This document shows positions 10,539 to 20,330 of a stretch of DNA of 64,000 nucleotides, piece by piece (the first letter of the stretch is position 1; every line of letters begins with the position of its first letter). Origin of the DNA: Cryomorphaceae bacterium (lineage in GTDB: Bacteria > Bacteroidota > Bacteroidia > Flavobacteriales_D > Cryomorphaceae); assembly GCA_047633195.1 (NCBI GenBank), contig JBLIEU010000004.1, positions 6,145 to 70,144 on the forward strand, written 5' to 3'. The translations under genes were made by a program, and so were the position numbers. A model generated the notes under the pieces. That model ran no database searches, was not told where the DNA came from, and saw only the letters and a list, made by a program, of their open reading frames with translations.

Positions 10539-11323
10539 TTAAACGATTAGAAATGCTGGGCTTTAACTTTTACTCCGCAAAGGATGTAAAGGTGATCGCC
10601 GAATTCGTGCACAACGACGTAGTAACAGATGAGGGGATTATTCCTCTAATGGTAACCCCGAATGTCGATCAGATTGTAAGACTCGACCGAAAGGAAAATC
10701 ATCTCCTTAGAGAGAAATTGAAAAATGCTAGATGGATTCTGCCAGATGGTCAGCCAGTTATCGCCCTTAGCCGAATTAAATTTGGCAAAGAAAAGGGACT
10801 GGAAGCTCGATTGACTGGAAGTGATTTTTTCCCCGAAATGTGGGGGCTTCTGAAGGACGATTCGAGTAGGAGAGTGCTCTTCGTTCTTCCCCGAGAAGAT
10901 CTTGGCGAACGATTCAAAAATGAGCGACCGAATACGGTTTATTACGCGCCGCCTTTTTTCAAATTGGAAAAGAAGGATGAGTTTGAAGAAGTAATGACTC
11001 AGGTCATGTCCTTTTTCGATGAGAATCCTCCCGAGTATGTATTCGTGGGTCTAGGTTTTCCAAAGCAAGAGAATATAGCGCTGGAGATGTTCAATAGGCT
11101 CAAGGCCAAAAACAAGAATCTGCCCAAGACATTACTTTTGGGAGCTTCATTCGAATTTTATTGGGGAACCAAGAAAAGAGCACCAATGTTCTATCAAAAA
11201 GCAGGGATTGAATTCGTTCACAGAATCATCTCCGAGCCGCGCAGATTGGCCAAAAGATACCTTTGGGATGATCTTCCTTTTCTGGGAATTGCTATCTCTG
11301 AACTGAGGAAAAAGAATAAATAG
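10535..11323 (+). CDS. WecB/TagA/CpsF family glycosyltransferase (GT26)
   Basis: VTPNVDQ, LPDGQP, RLTGSD, VGLGFPKQE, GASFEF, EPRRLAKRY. Confidence 0.92.
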   Translation: MIKRLEMLGFNFYSAKDVKVIAEFVHNDVVTDEGIIPLMVTPNVDQIVRLDRKENHLLREKLKNARWILPDGQPVIALSRIKFGKEKGLEARLTGSDFFPEMWGLLKDDSSRRVLFVLPREDLGERFKNERPNTVYYAPPFFKLEKKDEFEEVMTQVMSFFDENPPEYVFVGLGFPKQENIALEMFNRLKAKNKNLPKTLLLGASFEFYWGTKKRAPMFYQKAGIEFVHRIISEPRRLAKRYLWDDLPFLGIAISELRKKNK

Positions 11324-11355
11324 GTATTTCCGAAACTACCGTTTACTCAACTGAA

Positions 11356-12390
11356 TTACTCTGAGTTCAGTAGGAAAGCAATGTCGTCGTTTAGCACGTC
11401 ACAAAACCTTCTGGCCCCGTCTAGATTGATGTGACTCGAGTTCTTAAAACAACTATCGGGCAATTCGAATTTCGAATAATCGAAAGCATAAATGTTCGAA
11501 ATGTCGTTGTTCCAATGTTCGAAAAGTGAATCTACTTTCTCCATATTTCTTACACCCGCCAATTCACTTGGGTGATGGGGTGTAAATACCATGATGAAAT
11601 CCCGATTTGGATGCTCGTTTGCCATGGATTCAAATTTTTGGATTCTTTCTTTATTCTCGGCAAAATCAGAGTTAAGTTGGAGTTGATCGAGCATTTGAAC
11701 CTCCATGTATGTAAGGGGAATCCCAGTTGCTTTTTTACCTTCCAGCTCTATACGCTTTTCGATCATTTTGTATCGACTATCGGTAAATCTTTTCAGCAGT
11801 CGATCACCTGGATAGTGGTCGATGAAAATACCACCTCGATTGGTAATCTTATTTGAAGTGACTTTGCGCGTAAGTGAACGCAGATAGCGAATGTAGCTTC
11901 CATAGTACCGCACTCCTGGTACGAGCTGGAAATTGTCCAAGCGATCGTTTTCACTTAAATAGTCAATGACCTCTTGACTGTCCTGGACAGGCATGAAAGT
12001 GGACAAATCAATGGTGTGATCGGGACGGTGGACAAATGATCGGGTGTTAAACTCTATGATGATTGGAGTATCCTTATCCTTTGCAAGCTCTGTTTCTAAT
12101 AGAAAAAAGATTACATCAAAATTGGACTTTTCCATGGAGTAATTGAACACATTTTTACTCAAAGAGTCAGGGATGAATGACGATCTTCCTTTCGAGCTTC
12201 CAAACACCGGAATCTCTTCAGAATCTGTCTCTGCGAGAATTCGCTCAATCTTATAAGAATTGGAAATGTCTGTTCTCAAAGGGAGAACAAAGTGTTGGAA
12301 TACCTGATCAATTGTCAGGGCAACTAGCATTGCAAGAACAAGTGGAATAATGAATATTTTCAATCCTTGTGTTGATCCAAACGGTGTCAT
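11356..12390 (-). CDS. Membrane-anchored SGNH/DltD-like protein, probable partner of the MBOAT
   Basis: N-terminal TM, FGSS motif and C-terminal FKNSSHIN...GA; directly downstream of the MBOAT gene. Confidence 0.55.
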   Translation of the reverse strand: MTPFGSTQGLKIFIIPLVLAMLVALTIDQVFQHFVLPLRTDISNSYKIERILAETDSEEIPVFGSSKGRSSFIPDSLSKNVFNYSMEKSNFDVIFFLLETELAKDKDTPIIIEFNTRSFVHRPDHTIDLSTFMPVQDSQEVIDYLSENDRLDNFQLVPGVRYYGSYIRYLRSLTRKVTSNKITNRGGIFIDHYPGDRLLKRFTDSRYKMIEKRIELEGKKATGIPLTYMEVQMLDQLQLNSDFAENKERIQKFESMANEHPNRDFIMVFTPHHPSELAGVRNMEKVDSLFEHWNNDISNIYAFDYSKFELPDSCFKNSSHINLDGARRFCDVLNDDIAFLLNSE

Positions 12391-12396
12391 ATTATT

Positions 12397-13797
12397 TTAG
12401 AATTGGAAGTATACAAATGAGTTTTTCAAATCCTGGCCCAAGAATATGATCAAAAACAACATCACCGTTACATAGAGCCAATTGTATTTGAATTTCAGAT
12501 TCTTATTGAAGAGAACAGTAACCCACAATAGCCCACTAACTCCCATTGCCATTACGAATTCGAATTTATATAAGGAGAGTAACTCACCAATATTGAGATT
12601 GAATTCCGTGAATATTTTCCCATAGATTTTGTGAGCCATGTTTAAATCTATAGAGCGAAAGTACACTGCCTCAAGAATAAGTAAATTGAAGTTGAAATAC
12701 TTCTGAAGCCGCAATGTGAACACATTGCTTCTTAGTAATTTACCGAATGCTGTGTTGCGAATTAATCTTTGAATTAGCATGACGATACCATTGACAAATC
12801 CGAACACGATGAAGGTCCAGTTTGCACCATGCCAAAAACCGATCAATACCAAGATGAAAACAGACCAGAGCATTAAGGCGCCTTTGGATCTATTAATCTT
12901 GGCTAGTGGGATGTAAATGTAATCCCGTATCCAACTAGTCAGCGAGATGTGCCAATTGGACCAATATTGACTGTGATTCTCCTGCCACATTGGCTTGTTA
13001 AAGTTCTCCATGAGCCGCACACCCATCAGGCGAGCAGATCCCATGGCAATATCCGTATATCCTGAAAAGTCAGCAAAGAGTTGAACCGCAAAAAGGAAAG
13101 CGGCCCAATAGAGTTGTGATCCTGTAGTCCCGTCTACATTGGCATAGACCAAATTGACATACTGAGAAACCGTATCGGCTACAACGAGCTTCTTGAAGAA
13201 CCCGAGCAGGATTTTATTGACAGCGTAACGAATATCATCGCTGGTGACATTCGGTGCTCTTTTCAGCTGCGGAATGAGCCGTGTAGATCGCTCAATAGGC
13301 CCCGCCACGAGTTGAGGGAAGTATGCCACGTAGAGCGCAAAATATCCAAGATGCGTTTCTGGTTCCGACTTTCCTTGGTATACATCAATGGTATAACTCA
13401 GCGTCTGGAAGGTGTAAAAAGAAATGCCGACAGGTAGGAGGATATCGTAGTACTCGAAATTGGCCAGAATATTGAACTGAGAAAGTATGATTGAAGTGTT
13501 CTCAGTGAAGAAATTGAAGTATTTGAAATAGAATAGAAACCCAAGATTCACGAAGAGACTGAGCATCAAGAACCATCGCTTTTTCTTTTTATCAGGCGTT
13601 TTGGCTATTTGGATTCCTGCATAGAAATCTACCATAGTCGAAATGACAATCAAAAAAATGTATTGCCACTTCCAACACATGTAGAAGTAGTAACTAGCAG
13701 CTAACAGCAGCACCCATCTAAACCGATTTGGAATAAGATAAAACGCGACAACTACTAGCGGCAGAAAAATTAGATAGTCTAATGAATTAAAAAGCAT
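12397..13797 (-). CDS. MBOAT family O-acyltransferase (AlgI/PatA-like)
   Basis: LPVGISFYTFQTLSY, FPQLVAGPIER, DFSGYTDIA, WHISLTSW, GFWHGANWTF. Confidence 0.95.
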   Translation of the reverse strand: MLFNSLDYLIFLPLVVVAFYLIPNRFRWVLLLAASYYFYMCWKWQYIFLIVISTMVDFYAGIQIAKTPDKKKKRWFLMLSLFVNLGFLFYFKYFNFFTENTSIILSQFNILANFEYYDILLPVGISFYTFQTLSYTIDVYQGKSEPETHLGYFALYVAYFPQLVAGPIERSTRLIPQLKRAPNVTSDDIRYAVNKILLGFFKKLVVADTVSQYVNLVYANVDGTTGSQLYWAAFLFAVQLFADFSGYTDIAMGSARLMGVRLMENFNKPMWQENHSQYWSNWHISLTSWIRDYIYIPLAKINRSKGALMLWSVFILVLIGFWHGANWTFIVFGFVNGIVMLIQRLIRNTAFGKLLRSNVFTLRLQKYFNFNLLILEAVYFRSIDLNMAHKIYGKIFTEFNLNIGELLSLYKFEFVMAMGVSGLLWVTVLFNKNLKFKYNWLYVTVMLFLIIFLGQDLKNSFVYFQF

Positions 13798-13809
13798 TTT
13801 CTAGTTTTT

Positions 13810-15012
13810 TTACTGCTCGGATTCTTTTTTCTTGGTTAGCGAATTGATCACTTCATCGTGATCGCTCAGCAACTTTTTCCAAGTATAGTTTTTAGCGATT
13901 TCTCGCGAATGATTTCTCAAGCTCTCCCATTTTGATTTCGATTCGACCAATGTGGTGATAGCTGCGACCTGTTCTTCTTCAGACTGGGTGCAGAATAAGT
14001 CCCTTCCCGAAACAACCTCTAGCCCCTCCGTTCCGATAGGAGTAGTGACGATCGGGATTCCGCGGTACATCGCGTTAAGCAGTTTTACTTTAATCCCGCT
14101 CCCAAAACGCAAGGGTATGACAAAAGCCCGCGCCTTTTTGAAATAAGGCTCCAGCTCTTCAACAAAGCCCGTCAGTTCTACGCTATCAAATTTTTGAGCT
14201 CGGGAAATTAGTCTTTGATCTGGGTTTTTTCCGACGATGTAAAAGTGAATATCAGGATGGTTCTTTAAAACCAAAGGATAGATTTCGTCCAAGAACCAAA
14301 TCAGTCCGTCAACATTAGCCTCCCAGGTTAAAGTTCCTACAAAAAGCAAGGCCTTTTCTGTTTGATCAAATTCTAAATCGGGACGTTCCAATAAAAAATC
14401 TTCACCGAGGTGATAGGTTGGCTTAAGTTTATCTCGATCTACGCCAATCTTAGCCAATTCTTCAATATCGTTGGGCGCTGCAAAAACTATTGAAGCGTCT
14501 TCAGCATACATCTTCTCCGCTCTTTTTATTCTGCCAGCTTCCAATTTGATCAGCGCCTTTTTGATCGGATTGTTCTCTATCTCCGCCAATCTTTCCCACA
14601 TCACAAATTCTGCATTGTGCTCATGCAAAACCACTGGCTTGCCAAAGGACTTGTGGACATACTGCCCCATCTCGTAGTGATCCACAAAAATCAAATCACA
14701 TTGGGGTGCCCATTCCTTTACCTTTATATCCAGTTGCTTATTGTAATTTCTGAACACATTAAGTGAGGGGGCAGTAAAGTAGCTTCTGAGTAAATTCAAA
14801 GGAGTTCTCTTCCTATCGAAGGGAATAGTGAAAAGCTCCACATTTGGCACTTTCTCTTGGAACTCGGCCATATGGTTTTCCTCTCCTTCTTTCAACGCAC
14901 AAACGAGCATCAAATCATTGGAAGACCAGTGCTTGACTAGGTTCCAAGTTTTGATAACTCCTCCGCTAAAGGGAGGATAAGGCAGTTGAGTGGTCAGAAA
15001 TAGAATCTTCAT
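13810..15012 (-). CDS. Glycosyltransferase family 4
   Basis: LPYPPFSGG, HEHNAE, PLRFGSGIKVKLLNAM..G.PIVTT. Confidence 0.9.
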   Translation of the reverse strand: MKILFLTTQLPYPPFSGGVIKTWNLVKHWSSNDLMLVCALKEGEENHMAEFQEKVPNVELFTIPFDRKRTPLNLLRSYFTAPSLNVFRNYNKQLDIKVKEWAPQCDLIFVDHYEMGQYVHKSFGKPVVLHEHNAEFVMWERLAEIENNPIKKALIKLEAGRIKRAEKMYAEDASIVFAAPNDIEELAKIGVDRDKLKPTYHLGEDFLLERPDLEFDQTEKALLFVGTLTWEANVDGLIWFLDEIYPLVLKNHPDIHFYIVGKNPDQRLISRAQKFDSVELTGFVEELEPYFKKARAFVIPLRFGSGIKVKLLNAMYRGIPIVTTPIGTEGLEVVSGRDLFCTQSEEEQVAAITTLVESKSKWESLRNHSREIAKNYTWKKLLSDHDEVINSLTKKKESEQ

Positions 15013-15029
15013 CTTACTGGTAAGTGCTT

Positions 15030-17420
15030 TTACACTTTAGCGAATACTATTTTAATTCTTTCCTTAAAACTCAGTTTTTTATTCTTCTGATAAGGATTGC
15101 GACGTATATTCAGTGACGTCTTCGGACTGAAGGTTCCTGTAACTATGCAATTCAATTCTTTCAGAGAGCCGTTTGCGTAAAGCTCTTTCAAATCTAGAAG
15201 ATCTTGAATATCCGTATGGCTTCGCTTTGTTAAAACGATTGGCATATCGGTGGCATTCAATATGGCTAGAGATCTTGCATCGTTTCCAATAGGCGCAGTA
15301 TCTACTATAACTCGGTCATAAGAAGAACCCAAACTTCGCAATAACTCAGAAAAGGACTGAACCTCAACATTGTTAAAGATCACTTTACCCAAACTGAGCA
15401 CATCAATATTTGAGTTGGAGGTATTCTTGATAGCTAGATTTATCTCGCTTATATCAAACGAATTAAGTTCATCGTGTCCACCTGAGATTCTGAACAATTT
15501 GGCCACCGAAGGATGTCTTCTGTTCGCATCGATCACGATGACCTTGTATCCAGCCTGCGCGTATTGCACTGCTAGCATACTCGAGGTAAATGACTTTCCT
15601 TCTCCTCTTTTGTTCGAGCTAATTCCCAGGCTTGAAACATCAGATTTCTTAATGCCTAGGTTGTAAATCAGTCCATTTACTTGGTTGGCCAATGTAGAAA
15701 GCGGGTAATCTTCTAGCTCTCCTGGGCGACGTATGTTGGTGTAATAAATTTCTGATAGCAAAGAAGCCTGCGGCAGGTGGCGTTTGATATCGAGTCCAGA
15801 ATCAATTCCGCTATTAAATATCCAGAGCAATATCAGAAGTCCAACTCCTGTAATCAATCCCAAGAGTACCGAAACCGTTATGGTGAGTGGTCCCCATGGA
15901 ATAATTGGTTCTGCCGATGTGAGGTGGGCATGTTCAATAATTCTAAAATCGGAAGTAGTAGAAACAAGGCTCAACTCCACATTGGATTTCTTCTCCATCA
16001 ATGAAGTATAAAGAGTTTCGTTGATTCGGAATCGTCTTTCTAATTTTAAAAGCTCGCTTTGTTCTTTTGGAAATTCTTTTGCAGTAGCGTCAATTTCGCG
16101 AATCCGCTTTTCGGTGTCAGCGAGTTTCATCAAGTTACTCGATTTGAATCCTTCTACAGATCGAAGTATGGTAGCTCGCTTTCCTTCAATGGCATTTTTT
16201 ACTTGTCCATAGGCTGGGTTTTCTTGAGCTCCCTGAGCTTCCAGTGATTTTAAATCCTGCTGCAGCTCAACCAGTTCTTGCGTCAAACGAATGAGAAAGG
16301 CATCTGTAATGCCAAATGCTTCAGGTGAAATAAGCGTAGAATAGTCATCGTTCGTGCGAAGGGTTTCCTCTAAATAGCTGAAGTACTTGTTTCTTACGAC
16401 CAGTTCAATTTTATCGTCTTGAAGTTGCGCGCCCTGATTGAGTAAAAGAGCCCCTTCAGCATCGATACTTGTAATCGAGTTTTCTGATTTGAAGTACTTC
16501 AATGAGTCTGCGCTATCTTCGAGAAGGCCAGCGGTGTTCTCGATTTCATCTTCCAAAAAGGCTAAAGCCATTCGCAAGGTGCGCGTCTTCAAATCTAGGT
16601 GATTCGCAATAAATGCATCACCCAATGTAGAAAGGAAATTGAGCTGTCGCGGTGCAGAAAGGCCCGAGAGGGAAGCACTGAAAACGGTCGATTCAATGTC
16701 CTGATCTATTACTTCGAGAGATGAGATCATCTCAGCCACTTGAGTGGTTAAATCCATTAGAACAAAGCCGAACTCATCTTCAAAGAGTTCATTATTCAAG
16801 TTAATGTTCGGGTTCATCAAAGTATCCTGAGGAATCAATCGAAACTTCATTTGACCTAAAATCACCCATTCTCCAAATTGGAACTCGCCTTCATGGTAAT
16901 ATTCTCCAGTGCCTTCCAGATACTCACCTTCTCCTTCGATGGTGTATTTATTGAAATCGGTAAAGTTCACATAGAATGGATATTCGTAGGGAGTTTCAAA
17001 ACGCTCAAAACTCATGAAGGTAGAATCCAGCTCTAGCTTGAAGGGCGACGAGTCGTAAATCTCACGATTGATCAGCCCTGATTTGATGTATTTTATGAGA
17101 CCTGTAGTTTGCAGCGCTTCTGATACCAGAGGATAACTGGCAAAGACGATTCTTTGGTTATTGAAGTAGTAAGCTTCGGCTTTTCTGAATACAGGTTCTC
17201 CCGTTACAAGGACTCCTGGATCCATCTGTCCTTTAGGCTCTTCAGTTAAAACCGTCGTCTTGGCAGTGTAGTAAGGAGGAAATGAAATCTGGAATAATAC
17301 GCCTATTCCAAGCCAAAAAACGAGTGATACGGCTATAATTGGCCAGCCTCGTTTGAAGCGATTTATTACGCCTCTAAAGTCGACCTCTTCCTTTCGGATA
17401 ATATCTTTTTCGTCGATCAT
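15030..17420 (-). CDS. Wzc/GumC-like polysaccharide co-polymerase with a BY-kinase-like domain
   Basis: Two TM segments around a coiled-coil periplasmic region; C-terminal GEGKS Walker A, VIDANRRHP and VIVDTAP. Confidence 0.85.
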   Translation of the reverse strand: MIDEKDIIRKEEVDFRGVINRFKRGWPIIAVSLVFWLGIGVLFQISFPPYYTAKTTVLTEEPKGQMDPGVLVTGEPVFRKAEAYYFNNQRIVFASYPLVSEALQTTGLIKYIKSGLINREIYDSSPFKLELDSTFMSFERFETPYEYPFYVNFTDFNKYTIEGEGEYLEGTGEYYHEGEFQFGEWVILGQMKFRLIPQDTLMNPNINLNNELFEDEFGFVLMDLTTQVAEMISSLEVIDQDIESTVFSASLSGLSAPRQLNFLSTLGDAFIANHLDLKTRTLRMALAFLEDEIENTAGLLEDSADSLKYFKSENSITSIDAEGALLLNQGAQLQDDKIELVVRNKYFSYLEETLRTNDDYSTLISPEAFGITDAFLIRLTQELVELQQDLKSLEAQGAQENPAYGQVKNAIEGKRATILRSVEGFKSSNLMKLADTEKRIREIDATAKEFPKEQSELLKLERRFRINETLYTSLMEKKSNVELSLVSTTSDFRIIEHAHLTSAEPIIPWGPLTITVSVLLGLITGVGLLILLWIFNSGIDSGLDIKRHLPQASLLSEIYYTNIRRPGELEDYPLSTLANQVNGLIYNLGIKKSDVSSLGISSNKRGEGKSFTSSMLAVQYAQAGYKVIVIDANRRHPSVAKLFRISGGHDELNSFDISEINLAIKNTSNSNIDVLSLGKVIFNNVEVQSFSELLRSLGSSYDRVIVDTAPIGNDARSLAILNATDMPIVLTKRSHTDIQDLLDLKELYANGSLKELNCIVTGTFSPKTSLNIRRNPYQKNKKLSFKERIKIVFAKV

Positions 17421-18211
17421 CGGTTGTCTGTGATAAGTAAGTAAAGAGTTAGGATACTGACTGTCGCAGAAATAGCGTTAAATACATTCTGTACATCTCT
17501 CGTCGAGTATTTTTTGCGCTTTTGCGGCTTCACCATCAAAATATCATTGGGCTGTAAATAAAATTTATCTGAAGCCAAAATATTTTGATCAGTAAGGTCT
17601 ACCGAGTAGAGATGATTCTTTCCGTCTCGAGATCGGATTACTTTCACACTCTCCCTGCTAGCAAAGTCGGTCGCATCGCCTGCCAAACCCATAGCCTCGA
17701 AAATATTTAGCCTGTGGTTGAAAATGGAATATCTTCCTGGCCGATTGACTTCACCTAAAACCGTAACAAAGTAGTTTAGCATAAATACTTTAATAGCGGG
17801 GTCTGAGAAAACTGCGGAGGCACCTTCTTTTACAGTTGTCTCAGCTTCGAGCATGGTCTGTCCGCCCACGTCGATCATGCCAATTAGTGGCAGATCAATT
17901 CGCCCAGCCTCATCTACAGTGAACCCTGCCAGAATAGGCAAGCTTTGGATAATTCGAGTGTCGGCCATGTAGAGTTGGTCTATTTGACCAAAAGACTTTG
18001 ACAATACAGGATGGTCAGATCGCACGTACAAAACATCACCTGTTTGAAGTTTGTAGTCAACTGGTTCGTTTTCAAAAACGGTATCTGCCAGATGGTTATA
18101 TGGCTTATTTTCGGAATAATCCTGCACATAAACAATTCGCTTATTATTTATGCAAGAGGCTAGAAAAAAACCAATAAATACAATTGGTAGAAATCTTCTT
18201 AACTTATTCAT
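17417..18211 (-). CDS. Wza-like polysaccharide export lipoprotein
   Basis: Lipobox FLASC, YKLQTGD, VDEAGRIDLPLIG, VTVLGEVNRPG, FYLQPNDI. Confidence 0.9.
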   Translation of the reverse strand: MNKLRRFLPIVFIGFFLASCINNKRIVYVQDYSENKPYNHLADTVFENEPVDYKLQTGDVLYVRSDHPVLSKSFGQIDQLYMADTRIIQSLPILAGFTVDEAGRIDLPLIGMIDVGGQTMLEAETTVKEGASAVFSDPAIKVFMLNYFVTVLGEVNRPGRYSIFNHRLNIFEAMGLAGDATDFASRESVKVIRSRDGKNHLYSVDLTDQNILASDKFYLQPNDILMVKPQKRKKYSTRDVQNVFNAISATVSILTLYLLITDNR

Positions 18212-18554
18212 TTAAGGGGATATTGGTGCTTTTAATGAATGTTTTTAATTGCAATCCAGAAAAGGAAAATGAGACGACTTTAAGTCTTGAATTAGTTTCG
18301 ATTCGACGGATACATCTACCCCCTTATTCGAAATGAATGCGGCATAAGTTTCATTATGAGTAAAAAACTTCGAGTTAGCATATTGGCGCAATTGGAGGTT
18401 GTTTCGACAAATGTAAAAAGATTTCCTTATTAACCCTTTTCATCAATGTCGCTTTGTCTTATTTTTTGCGTCTTAACATTGTGCGATTTATTGAAGTCTG
18501 AGACATCATCCAATTAACTGAATATATTTGCCTTTTGTCAACCCTAAATAGAAC

Positions 18555-20324
18555 ATGGAATTCTCTCCTCAATCTCTTGTTGTAGCTTGCTCAATCTTTT
18601 TTTTGATCATTGTGCTTTTTCGCGAGCTCATGAGGCCCGGTATCGCATTCATGATTGTGACGGTCGTGCTATTGATGTTTGGTATTATTTCTCCGAAAGA
18701 AGCATTAAAAGGATTTGCCAATGAACAGCTAGCAGTTATTGTCATGCTTATGTTAGTGAGCAATACTATGCGAAAGACCAATCTTCTGGATCGAGCTTTC
18801 AAGAAATTCTTTAAACCGTCGGATGGCAGAGGATTATTCATGACTAAGATGACTGGGAGTGTTGGAGTGGCATCGGCTTTACTCAACAACACACCCCTCG
18901 TGGCCATGATGATGCCCTATGTGTATTCTTGGTCGGAACAGAAAAAATTAGCCGCTTCCCAATTTCTCATACCACTTTCCTATGCATCCATTCTCGGAGG
19001 TTGTGTAACGCTTATTGGCACCTCCACAAACCTCATTGTAAATGGTTTGGCAATGGAGTACGGAGAAGAGAGCTTGGGAATCTTCGATTTCGCTATTCTA
19101 GGGGTTCCTGCATTGCTGATCGGGGGACTCTATCTTTTTGCCTTTTCTAAAACCCTTCTTCCAAACAATCGCTCTGGAACGGAAGAATCGGCATCACGCG
19201 AATACTTCGTTGAAACTCATATTCAACCAGGAAGTAAACTTATTGGAAAGTCTGTAAAGGATGCTTCGCTCAGGAATTTGCAAGGACTATTCCTTGTAGA
19301 GATACGAAGAAAGAAAAAGGAAATTACACCCGTTCCTCCAGATATGGTTTTGGAAAAAGGGGATAAACTATTCTTTGCAGGAGATCCTTCTGGAGTGGCT
19401 GAACTTACTAATCCGTCACTGGGCCTTTCTTTGCCCCAAGAATGTGACTTGCCTAAAGAAAGCCAGGCACAGCTGATCGAACTAGTGATTGCTCCTCAAT
19501 CGCCATTAATCGGTGAAATCGTTAAGAATACGGATTTTAGAAACCGCTACAACGGAGCCATTATGGGAATCCATAGAGGCGAGGAAAGGTTGAAAGGAAA
19601 AATCGGAGATATTGAGATCCGAGGAGGTGACGTGATCTTGGTGCTATCAGGAAATGGTTTTGTGAAGAGGGTGGGGACCAGTCAGAACTTCTATATTTTG
19701 TCTCAAGTTAAAGAGGTGCACAACCTCTCTTGGTGGAAAACCTTAGTGATCATAGGTGGTTTGTTATTGTCCATTCTCTTGGCTGCGACCAATTTGGTGC
19801 CCCTCTTTATTTCTTTGGTTGCCCTCATCACCATTTGCATTTTATTGAAGCTTATAAAGACCAGAGAAATTAAGAAGAATGCCGACATGAATCTCATTGT
19901 CATCATTGCACTTGGACTGGCCTTAGCACAAGGAATGATCAATAGCGGCCTAGCAGATATGCTGGCTATTAGCGGATTGAATCTATTGAGGCCATTTGGC
20001 GGTTATGGATTAATTGCGGGGATCTTTATTGTTACCAATTTGCTTTCAGCATTTATAACGAGTAAAGCTGCTGTGGCCATTATCCTACCGGTGGCATTGG
20101 CCATAGGCCACGATTTAGGGCTGCCTATTGAGCCGTTTATTCTCGTAGTAGCTTTTGGTGGTGCGGCCAACTTTATCACCCCAATCGGTTACCAAACCAA
20201 CCTCATGGTTTACACTCCAGGTGGATATACATTTAAAGATTATTTCAAGTTCGGCTTGCCTCTTACCATTATTTGCCTGTTAATTTGCACCCTGGTTTTA
20301 AACACTTACTACAACCTTAATTAA
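18555..20324 (+). CDS. SLC13/CitMHS-type permease with TrkA-C domains (probable sulfate transporter)
   Basis: LLNNTPLVA, GGCVTLIGTSTNL, two RCK_C regions, FITPIGYQTNLMVY.PGGY.F.DY; next to cysQ. Confidence 0.85.
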   Translation: MEFSPQSLVVACSIFFLIIVLFRELMRPGIAFMIVTVVLLMFGIISPKEALKGFANEQLAVIVMLMLVSNTMRKTNLLDRAFKKFFKPSDGRGLFMTKMTGSVGVASALLNNTPLVAMMMPYVYSWSEQKKLAASQFLIPLSYASILGGCVTLIGTSTNLIVNGLAMEYGEESLGIFDFAILGVPALLIGGLYLFAFSKTLLPNNRSGTEESASREYFVETHIQPGSKLIGKSVKDASLRNLQGLFLVEIRRKKKEITPVPPDMVLEKGDKLFFAGDPSGVAELTNPSLGLSLPQECDLPKESQAQLIELVIAPQSPLIGEIVKNTDFRNRYNGAIMGIHRGEERLKGKIGDIEIRGGDVILVLSGNGFVKRVGTSQNFYILSQVKEVHNLSWWKTLVIIGGLLLSILLAATNLVPLFISLVALITICILLKLIKTREIKKNADMNLIVIIALGLALAQGMINSGLADMLAISGLNLLRPFGGYGLIAGIFIVTNLLSAFITSKAAVAIILPVALAIGHDLGLPIEPFILVVAFGGAANFITPIGYQTNLMVYTPGGYTFKDYFKFGLPLTIICLLICTLVLNTYYNLN

Positions 20325-20330
20325 AACAAT

